Source of the DNA: an uncultured Solirubrobacteraceae bacterium
GTDB taxonomy: Bacteria > Actinomycetota > Thermoleophilia > Solirubrobacterales > Solirubrobacteraceae
NCBI GenBank assembly: GCA_963844555.1
Contig: CAWJOS010000003.1
Span: 1,061-65,060, forward strand
Reading direction: 5' to 3'
DNA length: 64,000 nucleotides
Below the pieces are notes generated by a model. It did no database searches, had not been told where the DNA came from, and saw only the letters and a list, made by a program, of their open reading frames with translations. The position numbers and the translations under genes were made by a program. Shown piece by piece: positions 54,345 through 62,626 of this stretch (position 1 is its first letter; each line of letters starts with the position of its first letter).

Positions 54345-54560
54345 CGATGCTTAGACCGGCGGGCCGCCCGGAAGTCATCCCTGCACGGGCCGGCAGGCCG
54401 GCCGGCAGCCGGGTGGGTGGGATCCATCGTCAGACCCGCCCCACTGGGGAACTTTGGCGTTCGAGTCACACCCCCTGCCGGTGAATCGCCACTCATGGCA
54501 TCTGAGGCTGTTGGCGCACGGCCGGCCCGAGCCGCTGTGGCTCGCACATATCATGTCGCC

Positions 54561-54914
54561 ATGTTGTTCAACTTCATTCCGGCATCTCAAGCCGCTGAGG
54601 CGGCGGCCCAGGCCGATGCCGAGGAACGTCAGCGCCCCCGCGGGCACCGTCCGGACGGGCTGACCGTGTTCGCGGCGCGCTCCCCACAGGGACGCGGTCA
54701 CCTGCTCATCTCCGACGCGATGGTCAGCCTTCACCCCCGCCGCGGTGTCGAACTGGTCCACACGGACCGTAACGTCAAGCTGACCCAGCGAGGGCTGCGA
54801 ACTCGGCTGCTGCTGGCCGACGGCGCGCGCCCTGTGACGGTCAGCATGCCCCGTTGGCAGGGCGGCTGGCTCACTCGCTCACTCCGGGCCGCCGGGTTCG
54901 CCGTCATCGGCTGA
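54561..54914 (+). CDS. hypothetical protein
   Basis: Internal ATG after an AT-richer leader; moderate GC3; no family recognised. Confidence 0.35.
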   Translation: MLFNFIPASQAAEAAAQADAEERQRPRGHRPDGLTVFAARSPQGRGHLLISDAMVSLHPRRGVELVHTDRNVKLTQRGLRTRLLLADGARPVTVSMPRWQGGWLTRSLRAAGFAVIG

Positions 54915-55138
54915 GCCCGGTGTCGCCTCTCGCACGGGTGCTGCGCGGCCGCGCCACGCCCGGCATCGTCGCCGTTGTGGCGATGGCGGGGCGGGCTGTC
55001 GTCGGCGGTGGACTGGCGGCCGCAGGGGTGTCCACGGCCGGACCGGGCGCGCCGTCAGCCACTCCCTGCCGTGGGCTGCGGGCGGTCACGTCCGGCGCGC
55101 ACTGGTGGCGCCGCTCCCGCGTGCACGCGCTGCGATGA

Positions 55139-55519
55139 TGGCCGGCACCATGGGCGACGAATCCGGCCGGCACTGGCGCATGGAACAGCTGCGATCTCGG
55201 CAGCGGCGAGATCCTCCAGGTCACCGCGCGCGGCCGAGCTGAAGTGCAGCCGTTCGACCCTGACCGGGCGCGCACATGGGGGAGGCGCTACCTGGGTCCC
55301 GACGAGACACACTGGGCTCGCTTCCGGACGGGTGTGTTTGAGGATCCGAGTACCAGGTTGGTCGTGCTCGACCCGGTGCGTCTGGCGGCCCGGGACCTGT
55401 CGTTGATCGGTAGTACGACCGCTCGCAAACACGGTCGGTCCAGCCGGCGTGAACGGGACCGCCGTGCACCGTGCGCGCTTCACCGCATCCGCACAGCGAG
55501 ACGTACACTTGACCGATGA
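55139..55519 (+). pseudogene. possible C-terminal remnant of a PPOX/F420-type small oxidoreductase
   Basis: ...EILQVTARGRAEVQPFDPDRARTWGRRYLGPDE...RLVVLDPVRLAARDLS resembles the last strands of that fold. No N-terminal half; Arg-rich tail. Confidence 0.25.
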
Positions 55520-55755
55520 CCCGTGATGCTGCCGTGGGACGCGCCGCCGAGCTCAACCGGGAGGAACGGGGCGGCCGCCACTGGTTCGTTAAGAAGACGG
55601 CCGCCGGCGATTACGATGTGGTGGCGGTCACCGCGCCCGGCCTGGGGTCGCATGGGAAGCTCACGGCCACCGTGGTGAGCAAGCCGAAACCCAGCGAAGC
55701 TCCGGATCCCCGTCCCAGCCTGTTTCGCAACGTGCCCCCCTACGGCGCCGGGTGA
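55516..55755 (+). CDS. hypothetical small protein
   Basis: 79-aa ORF, ATGA overlap with the preceding frame; no family recognised. Confidence 0.4.
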   Translation: MTRDAAVGRAAELNREERGGRHWFVKKTAAGDYDVVAVTAPGLGSHGKLTATVVSKPKPSEAPDPRPSLFRNVPPYGAG

Positions 55756-56012
55756 GCTGGACCTCAGAGCAGGATCGCCGCGGACTGTGGCCCCGCCCGC
55801 CTCGCCGTGCGGGTCACTCCCGGCACTGTGCTCAGGCGCGCAGGACCCTCGCGCCCAGTCGTCTACACCGGTCAGCGTCTCGAGGACGAAGTCAAAGCCG
55901 GTGGTCAGCTTGTCAGATGAAACGTGGGCCGTCGCGTCAGGGCATCGCGGTGTGATGACGGTGCCGGTCGGGCTCGGCGGTGTCCGCGCGAGCCCAACCG
56001 GCGCCGGCCCGC

Positions 56013-56095
56013 GCCGGGCCGATGACCGACCCGGCGCCGGTCCTCGCCGGGCCGGTGAACGACCCGGCGCCGGTCCTCGCCGGGCCGGTGAACCA
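56013..56095. repeat. about 2.5 tandem copies of a 33-bp unit GCCGGGCCG(A/G)TGA(C/A)CGACCCGGCGCCGGTCCTC
   Basis: Read directly; lies immediately 3' of the SDR gene stop (56116, minus strand). Confidence 0.85.
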
Positions 56096-56115
56096 TCACC
56101 CGGCGCGCGGCCGGG

Positions 56116-57030
56116 TCACGCAGCCGCCGAATGTGCCTGGACGAAGTAGTGCCCCTGCTCGAGGTCGTCGACGAGACCGGGGTGCGTCGGCTTCCATCCG
56201 AGCCGCTCCTGGGTCAGCGCACTCGAGGCCGGGGCGTCGACCGCGAAGAAGGCACCGATCCAGCCGAAGTGCTCGCCCGCCTCCTCGGGAGTGACCGAGA
56301 CCACTGGAAGGTTCAGATGGCGACCGATGATCCCGGCGATGTCACGGGTCGGCACGCCCTCGTCCGCGACGGCGTGGAACACCGAGCCCGCCGGCGCCGT
56401 CTCCAGCGCCAGGCGGTAGAGACGTGCCGTATCCAGTCGATGCACTCCGGGCCAGCGGTTGGAGCCGTCTCCGATGTAGGCCGAGACGCCCTTGGCGCGG
56501 GCGATGTCGATCAGCACCGGGACAAAGCCATGGTCGCCCTCACCGTGCACCGACGCCCCGGGTCGCACGATCGACGAGCGCACCCCCCGGCCGGCGAACG
56601 CGATCGCCATCTGCTCGGTGCCCAGCCGGGGGTGGGCAGCCGACCGGGGATCGACCGAGTCCTCCTCGGTCACCACGTGTCCGGGTCTGATGAGCGCGGT
56701 CCCAGTCGTGATGACCAGTGGCCGGCCAGACCCCTCCAGCGCCGAGCCGAGGGTGTCGATGGCGGCCAGATCAGTCTGCGCCGCGCTCTCCATCCGGGAG
56801 AAGTCATGGATGAATGCGGTGTGGATGACGCCGTCTGCCCCAGCGGCGCCGCTGCGCAGGCTGTCGACGTCGTCGAGGGCGCCGCGGTGGACCTCGGCTC
56901 CGGCGGCCGTGAGTGCCGCCGCGGCCTGGTCGGAGCGAGCGAGGCCGATGACCTCGTGGCCCGCGGTGATGAGCTCAGGAACGATGGCGGAACCGATCCA
57001 ACCGGTCGCGCCGGTGACGAATACACGCAT
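56116..57030 (-). CDS. NAD(P)-binding atypical SDR (NmrA/epimerase-like)
   Basis: MRVFVTGATGWIGSAIVPELITAGHEVIGLARS Rossmann motif, 304 aa. Confidence 0.9.
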   Translation of the reverse strand: MRVFVTGATGWIGSAIVPELITAGHEVIGLARSDQAAAALTAAGAEVHRGALDDVDSLRSGAAGADGVIHTAFIHDFSRMESAAQTDLAAIDTLGSALEGSGRPLVITTGTALIRPGHVVTEEDSVDPRSAAHPRLGTEQMAIAFAGRGVRSSIVRPGASVHGEGDHGFVPVLIDIARAKGVSAYIGDGSNRWPGVHRLDTARLYRLALETAPAGSVFHAVADEGVPTRDIAGIIGRHLNLPVVSVTPEEAGEHFGWIGAFFAVDAPASSALTQERLGWKPTHPGLVDDLEQGHYFVQAHSAAA

Positions 57031-57106
57031 GGGAAACCTCCGTATCGAGTGGTCGCGGGTTTGTGCGACTCGAGTTGATCGGCGGTCCGCGCGGAGAGAC
57101 CGATGT

Positions 57107-57156
57107 CATGTCAGCCGCTGTCATCACTCTGGCACGCCATGTCAGTCACTGTCATC
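57107..57156. promoter_or_regulatory. two 19-bp direct repeats CATGTCAG(C/T)C(G/A)CTGTCATC, 31 bp apart (five TGTCA pentamers in total)
   Basis: Read directly in the divergent TetR/SDR intergenic region. Confidence 0.5.
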
Positions 57157-57172
57157 GGCTAGGATCGATCGC

Positions 57173-57745
57173 ATGGTTCGCTGGGAGCCGGATAGTCGCG
57201 GGAGGCTCGAGCAGGCGGCACTGGCGCTGTATGGCGAGCGCGGGTTCGAGAACACGACCGTCGCGGAGATCGCCGCGCGGGCCGGACTGACCGAGCGGAC
57301 GTTCTTCCGGCACTTCGCCGACAAGCGCGAGGTCCTGTTCGCGGGCGGCGGCGAGTTGGAGCGGCTCGTGGTGGACGCGGTCGCCGACGCGCCCGCCTCC
57401 GCGGCGCCGATCGACGCAGCCGCCGCGGGTCTGCAAGCCGCCGCCGATCTGCTTCAGGAGCGTCGCGACTACGCGCGACGGCGCCAGGCCATCATCGCCG
57501 CGAACGCGGAGCTGCGGGAACGCGAGCTGATCAAGTTCGCCTCGTTGTCCGCGGCGCTGGCCGACAGGCTGCGCCGGCGCGGTCTCGACGACCCGGCCGC
57601 GAGCCTCACTGCCGAGATCGCGATGGCGGTCTTCAGAACCGCGTTCGAACGCTGGATCGCCGAAACCAACGACCGCGAGTTCCCAGAGCTCATCCGCGAG
57701 TCACTCGACCAGCTGAAAGCCCTGACCGCAGCCGGGTCGTCGTGA
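57173..57745 (+). CDS. TetR/AcrR family transcriptional regulator
   Basis: Internal ATG; LEQAALALYGERGFENTTVAEIAARAGLTERTFFRHF. Confidence 0.9.
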   Translation: MVRWEPDSRGRLEQAALALYGERGFENTTVAEIAARAGLTERTFFRHFADKREVLFAGGGELERLVVDAVADAPASAAPIDAAAAGLQAAADLLQERRDYARRRQAIIAANAELRERELIKFASLSAALADRLRRRGLDDPAASLTAEIAMAVFRTAFERWIAETNDREFPELIRESLDQLKALTAAGSS

Positions 57746-57785
57746 TGACCGTCATTCCTGTTCACACCGTCACCAGGAGAGCCTC

Positions 57786-58070
57786 GTGCCCACTGCCCAT
57801 TCGACCACCCACGCCGACGACGACCGTGTGCGCGTCACCACCTGGACCTTCCAGGACGGTGAGGAGACCGGGCATCACCGACACGAGTACGACTACGTCA
57901 TCGTGCCCGTCACCGGGGGCACCTTCGCGGTCGTCGACCCCGGCGGAGCGACCCGTGAGATGACCCAGGAGGCTGCCGCCGCCTATACCGGGCGAGAGGG
58001 CACTGAGCACAACGTCATCAACCGGAGCGGCCGCACGGCGATCTTCGTCGAGCTCGAGCTCAAGCGTTGA
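57786..58070 (+). CDS. small cupin domain protein
   Basis: 94 aa; GHHRHEYDYVIVPVTGG ... EHNVINRSGRTAIFVE. Confidence 0.65.
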   Translation: MPTAHSTTHADDDRVRVTTWTFQDGEETGHHRHEYDYVIVPVTGGTFAVVDPGGATREMTQEAAAAYTGREGTEHNVINRSGRTAIFVELELKR

Positions 58071-58076
58071 AGTTCT

Positions 58077-58103
58077 GGGGAGCGCAGGGTCGGTGCGCTC
58101 CCC
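58077..58103 (+). terminator. 9-bp GC stem hairpin after the cupin gene
   Basis: GGGGAGCGC-AGGGTCGGT-GCGCTCCCC, 7 nt after the stop. Confidence 0.45.
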
Positions 58104-58142
58104 GTCTGAGCCAGGACCAACGGGGTCGCCCCGGGACCTCGG

Positions 58143-58178
58143 TTGACAGGGGCCGAACCTCAGTGCTATAGATATCTA
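58143..58178 (+). promoter_or_regulatory. sigma70-like promoter (TTGACA-18 nt-TATAGA) overlapping the 10-bp palindrome TAGATATCTA; predicts a leaderless or near-leaderless GntR mRNA
   Basis: TTGACA 58143-58148, TATAGA 58167-58172, palindrome 58169-58178, ATG at 58180. Confidence 0.4.
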
Positions 58179-58179
58179 G

Positions 58180-58596
58180 ATGAGTAGAGAAGTACGTCGG
58201 CAGTCGATGTCGTTCCTGCTCGCTACCGGGTCCGGCGTGCCGGCGTATCTGCAGGTCGTGCAGCAGGTGGAACGGGCGCTGCGGATGGGCATCCTGCAGC
58301 CCGGGGATCGGCTCCCCACGGTCAAGGAGGTCGTGGCCGACGTTGCCATCAACCCCAACACCGTGCTCAAGGCGTACCGTGAGCTGGAGAGCCGCGGTCT
58401 GGTCGAGGGGCGTCAGGGCGTCGGCACGTTTGTCCTGCGGCGGCCGGCCGGGCCGCCCCCTGAGACCCATGCCCGGCTGGCGAAAAGCCTCGACCGATGG
58501 GTGAGGAGCGCCCGGGAGCAGGGACTGGACGACGCCTCCATCCAGGCTCTGTTGCGCTCCGCCGCCCAGCCGGATTCTGAAAGTGGTGTCGCATGA
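58180..58596 (+). CDS. GntR family regulator, YtrA subfamily
   Basis: PAYLQVVQQVERALRMGILQPGDRLPTVKEVVADVAINPNTVLKAYRELESRGLVEGRQGVGTFV; short C-terminal domain. Confidence 0.85.
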   Translation: MSREVRRQSMSFLLATGSGVPAYLQVVQQVERALRMGILQPGDRLPTVKEVVADVAINPNTVLKAYRELESRGLVEGRQGVGTFVLRRPAGPPPETHARLAKSLDRWVRSAREQGLDDASIQALLRSAAQPDSESGVA

Positions 58597-59514
58597 GCCG
58601 CCTGGGGCCGGATGGCAGCGACGCGCGGGCGAGCGCGATCACGACCGCCGCCCTGGGGAAGCGGTTTGGGCGGCGCTGGGCACTGCGGGACTGCTCGCTG
58701 TCGATCCCCGAGGGCAGTGTGTGTGCCCTGATCGGTCCCAACGGCGCCGGTAAGACGACGTTGCTGCGCATGCTGGCCGGTCTCAGCTCGCCCACCGCCG
58801 GCAGTGCCCGGGTGCTGGACCGGCCGCCGGAGCAGACCCCGGACTTCCTGGCCAGCGTCGGATACCTGGCCCAGGAGGCGCCGCTGTACCGGCGGCTGAC
58901 CGCCGAAGACCACATCGCGGTCGGACGACACGTCAACCGGCGCTGGGACGGGGAACTGGTCCGTCGGCGGCTGGCCGCCCTGCACATTCCAGGCGACCAG
59001 CCGGTGCGGACGCTGTCCGGCGGCCAGCGCGCGCAACTCGGCGGCGCTGGCGAAGCGGCCGCGCGTGCTGCTGCTCGACGAGCCCATGGCGGCGCTGGAC
59101 CCCTTGGCCCGGCGGGAATTCCTGGCGTCACTGACCGAGGCGGTGGCGGAGGGCGAGCTCACCGTCGTGGTCTCGTCTCATCTCGTGCACGATCTCGAGC
59201 GAGTGTGTGACCATCTCATCCTGCTCGCGGCCTCGCGCACGCAGGTCTGTGACGGCATCGAGGAGCTCCTGGCGTCACACAAGTTGCTGACGGGCGCACG
59301 CTGCGGCCTCAACAGCGTCGAGCCGGGGCTGGCCGTGATCCGCGCCGTCCAGACCGAGCGCCAGTCCCAGCTTCTGGTGCGACTCGACGGTCCGGTCCTC
59401 AACCCGGCATGGGAGGTCAGCGACGTCGGTCTCGAGGAGGTCATCCTCGCCTACATGGGCGAGAACCGTATGGCAGATGGCGCCGCGCTCAGCCTCGTGG
59501 GAGGTGGCACGTGA
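58593..59514 (+). pseudogene. ABC transporter ATP-binding protein, frameshifted between the signature motif and Walker B (about 59040)
   Basis: Frame 0: Walker A GPNGAGKTTLL ... LSGGQRAQL. Frame +1: AALAKRPRVLLLDEPMAALDP ... SSHLVHDLE. The linker is also a few residues shorter than usual. Confidence 0.8.
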
Positions 59515-60455
59515 GCTATGTCATCTGGCGGTTGCACCGCACGCATGTGATCGTTGCCTGCGCCGGTTTGGCCGCGCTGGCGGCGCTGCTCGTCGTCACC
59601 GGACTGGACATGGCCGGCACCTACGACACGGCGATGGCGAGCTGCCAGGCGACTCGCTCCTGCAGCCAGTTGCCCACCATCCTGTTCCAGAACGATGGTG
59701 CGCTCGTCGAGATCGTCGCCGGGACGATGATCCTGCCCGCGCTGCTGGGGGTCTTGTGGGGCGCTCCTCTGGTGGCGGGGGAGTCTGAGGCCGGGACCAC
59801 CGACCTGATCTGGACGCAGGGCGTGACCCGGCGCCGCTGGATCCTCACTAACGTGGGTTGGGCGATGACGGTGGCCATCCTGTGGGGCGGGCTCCTCACC
59901 GTTCTCGTCAGCTGGTGGCGAATCCCGGAGAACGGCCTGTTCGATCGCCTGTCTCCCGGCGCATTCGACGTCCAGGGGATCGTGCCGATCTTCTATTCAG
60001 CGTTTGCCATGGCGCTCGGCATCGCCGCCGGCGTGCTGCTGCGCCGCGTCTTACCCGCGGTGGCCACGGCACTCGCCGGCTTCATCGCCGTCAGGGCGCT
60101 GATCGCCCTGTTCCTCCGCCAGCACTTCATCGCCCCGGTGACAGGCACCTTCCCTATCAACGTCAGCAGTGTCACCGGCACGCTCGCCCACACCTGGTGG
60201 CTGGCGGGCTACATCACGGATCCGTCCGGCCACGGGAGCAGCGAGCTGGGTATCAGGATTCCCCACGGGTGCCTGACCAGCAACTACAAGCAGTTCGAGG
60301 CGTGCCTCGCCGCCCATGGATACCACCGCCTCGTGATCTACCAGCCCGCCGACCGCTTCTGGACCTTTCAGGGCATCGAGGCCGGGATCTTCCTCGTCCT
60401 GACCGGCGCACTTCTGACGTTCGCCTATCGGCGCATCACGACGGCTGACGCCTGA
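59511..60455 (+). CDS. ABC-2-type transporter permease
   Basis: GTGA overlap with the ATPase; 6 TM segments, large first extracytoplasmic loop. Confidence 0.7.
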   Translation: MSYVIWRLHRTHVIVACAGLAALAALLVVTGLDMAGTYDTAMASCQATRSCSQLPTILFQNDGALVEIVAGTMILPALLGVLWGAPLVAGESEAGTTDLIWTQGVTRRRWILTNVGWAMTVAILWGGLLTVLVSWWRIPENGLFDRLSPGAFDVQGIVPIFYSAFAMALGIAAGVLLRRVLPAVATALAGFIAVRALIALFLRQHFIAPVTGTFPINVSSVTGTLAHTWWLAGYITDPSGHGSSELGIRIPHGCLTSNYKQFEACLAAHGYHRLVIYQPADRFWTFQGIEAGIFLVLTGALLTFAYRRITTADA

Positions 60456-60458
60456 GAT

Positions 60459-60932
60459 TCACCGCGCGCGCGAGATCGCCGCGTCGAGACGCCGGAGGCT
60501 GTCGGCGGGCCAGAGCGTGTTGGTGTCGTAGTACACCGCGAACACCGGCGTCTCCGGGGGGAGGCTGACCCACTCCACCTTCGAGCGGGTGAAGATGTGC
60601 ACGTCCGGCGTGACTCCGGTGGGATCGTCGAGCGTCCCGCCGCGAACAAAGAGCACCTCTCGGTTGCTGTACTCACTGAACACAGCGACCTGACAGGTGG
60701 GGCAGCGGTAGATGCGCTGGACGCTGCCGTCATCGCGAGGCACGTCGACCGGCTGCGGCGCTCCCTCCAGGACCTCGACGCGGTCAGCCTCGAGGAGCAG
60801 GTTGATCACGAAGGCGCTCCCGGTCTGACACTGGCAGTTCAGGCAGTGACAGCAATGCACGAACATCGGCTCTGACGTGAGCCGGTATCGAACGGCGCGG
60901 CATGCGCACCCGCCCTCACGCGCAGGGCTCAT
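60459..60932 (-). CDS. GFA family protein (CENP-V/glutathione-dependent formaldehyde-activating fold)
   Basis: Internal ATG; GGCACRAVRY ... VHCCHCLNCQ ... YRCPTCQ zinc-Cys pattern. Confidence 0.85.
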   Translation of the reverse strand: MSPAREGGCACRAVRYRLTSEPMFVHCCHCLNCQCQTGSAFVINLLLEADRVEVLEGAPQPVDVPRDDGSVQRIYRCPTCQVAVFSEYSNREVLFVRGGTLDDPTGVTPDVHIFTRSKVEWVSLPPETPVFAVYYDTNTLWPADSLRRLDAAISRAR

Positions 60933-60937
60933 GCTGT

Positions 60938-61627
60938 TCAGCCACCCTCCGGCGGCGTGGCCGGACGGGAGACCGTCTGAGGAGCGAGGGAGGCCGAGCT
61001 GGAGCCGCCGCCCCGGCCTCCTCCGGCGTCCGGGAAGATGGCCCGTGCACGCGACGCCGCGTCGATGACGAGCTGCGCGTCGATCTCCGCACGGCTGATG
61101 GGTATTCCGGCCGCCGGCCACTGGCAGACAAACAGCAACGGCCCCGGTGAGGGCAGTGGCCAGACCCACAGGTCCTGGCGCCAGTCCCCGCCGCCACCGC
61201 CCCCGCCTCCAGCGTGCATGACGGGTTCCGGCGGCGGGGTCGCCTGGTGATGGAATCCACCCGTGTTGGTGGCCTTGCCGCCGTCTGGGAACTGGACACC
61301 GAACCGGAGCATGTCGTCCGGCAGCTCCTGCTCGGCGCCGGAGCGGCGCGCGCGGTGCCGGTGGGGCCCAAACAGCAACGGATCGAGGTCGAGGTCCCGC
61401 CGGCCGGGCGCCCCCACGGTGCGGAGCTCCAGCTCAAACCCGGTGGGGTAAGCGGCCAGGCGGCTGACGCACACGGCAACCCGGTCGGTGTGCGCGATCA
61501 CAAGCTCCAGCGCGACCACCCCGGGCAGCATCCCCTGAGGCGCGCTGACCCACGGCGGCGTCGGCGGCGGCTCCGGCTCGGCTGCCTCCGGTGGTGGTGG
61601 TGGTGGCTCGAAGAAGCCCTCGCTCAT
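60938..61627 (-). CDS. hypothetical protein with Pro- and Gly-homopolymer tracts
   Basis: 229 aa; PPPPPP near the N-terminus, GGGGGGGG mid-protein; gene-like GC3; 5 bp upstream of the GFA start. Confidence 0.55.
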   Translation of the reverse strand: MSEGFFEPPPPPPEAAEPEPPPTPPWVSAPQGMLPGVVALELVIAHTDRVAVCVSRLAAYPTGFELELRTVGAPGRRDLDLDPLLFGPHRHRARRSGAEQELPDDMLRFGVQFPDGGKATNTGGFHHQATPPPEPVMHAGGGGGGGGDWRQDLWVWPLPSPGPLLFVCQWPAAGIPISRAEIDAQLVIDAASRARAIFPDAGGGRGGGSSSASLAPQTVSRPATPPEGG

Positions 61628-61835
61628 GGCAGCTTCGATCCTATGCCGTCGGCGCGCTCCGGACCACCCGGGCGCGTCGGCTCAGCGGTCGGACCTGGGA
61701 CCGGTCTGGACGTCCCCGGACGGGGCGTCCAGGTAGACGGCTCATGAGTCGGCGCCGCCGGGGATGAGCGCCGGCGCGCCGCGCCGACCAGCCGGAGCTG
61801 CCTGCGGTTCGGATCGGCCCTGCGTGAACGCTAAT

Positions 61836-61860
61836 ACAACGATACAGTTGTGCTACTGTT
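61836..61860. promoter_or_regulatory. overlapping inverted repeats ACAAC-N6-GTTGT and ACAGT-N6-ACTGT just upstream of the ArsR GTG
   Basis: Read directly; AT-richer patch ending 7 nt before the start codon. Confidence 0.35.
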
Positions 61861-61866
61861 GCACGC

Positions 61867-62223
61867 GTGGCTGAGAGCGTGGTGGTTCCACATCCCCTGC
61901 CGGAGAGTCTGGTTGAGGTCATCGCGCAGCAGTTTCGGGTGCTCGGTGAGCCGATGCGCATCCGCCTGCTCGACTGCCTGCGCAGCGGCGGGGCGACGGT
62001 GGGCGAGCTGCAGGAGGCGCTCGGCGCATCGCAGCAGAACGTCTCCAAGCATCTGGGTCTGCTCCATCAGGCGGGACTGGTGACGCGGGAGAAGCGCGGC
62101 ACCTCCGTCTACTACGCGATCGGCGACGAGAGCGTCTTCGAGCTGTGTGAGCTGGTGTGCGGCGGCCTGCGCCGGCAGCTGTCAGAGCTCGATGACCTGC
62201 TCCAGGGCCTGGAGGTCTCATGA
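61867..62223 (+). CDS. ArsR/SmtB family regulator (BigR-like Cys arrangement)
   Basis: FRVLGEPMRIRLLDCLRSGGATVGELQEALGASQQNVSKHLGLLHQAGLV; Cys in helix 2 and a C-terminal CELVC. Confidence 0.9.
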   Translation: MAESVVVPHPLPESLVEVIAQQFRVLGEPMRIRLLDCLRSGGATVGELQEALGASQQNVSKHLGLLHQAGLVTREKRGTSVYYAIGDESVFELCELVCGGLRRQLSELDDLLQGLEVS

Positions 62224-62290
62224 GGTCGGTGTCGCGTTCAGCCGACGGGCCACGGTGTGTCCGGCCCACGGTCAGCTCCCGGGACGTCTG

Positions 62291-62626
62291 ATGCTGTTCG
62301 TGCGCCTGAAGTCGCTCACTCCCAACCAGGCGGCCGCCTCGCTGGGCGAGGGCCGGCTGCAGCTCATCGACGTGCGCGAGCCGAGAGAGGTCGCCGAGAC
62401 ACACGTGCCCGGCGCGACCCATATCCCGCTCGGCCAGCTCCCCGCCCGGCTCACGGAGCTCGACACCAGCCGCCAGTGCGCGTTTCTGTGCCGGTCAGGG
62501 CGACGCAGCGTCATCGCCGCTCGCATGGCCGCCAAGGCGGGGCTCGACGCCGCCAATGTCCGCGGCGGCCTGATGCGCTGGACGAAGGCGGGACTACCTG
62601 TCGTCAACCAGAGAGACGCACGGTGA
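62291..62626 (+). CDS. single-domain rhodanese sulfurtransferase
   Basis: Internal ATG; LIDVREPREV ... active-site loop CRSGRRS. Confidence 0.85.
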   Translation: MLFVRLKSLTPNQAAASLGEGRLQLIDVREPREVAETHVPGATHIPLGQLPARLTELDTSRQCAFLCRSGRRSVIAARMAAKAGLDAANVRGGLMRWTKAGLPVVNQRDAR

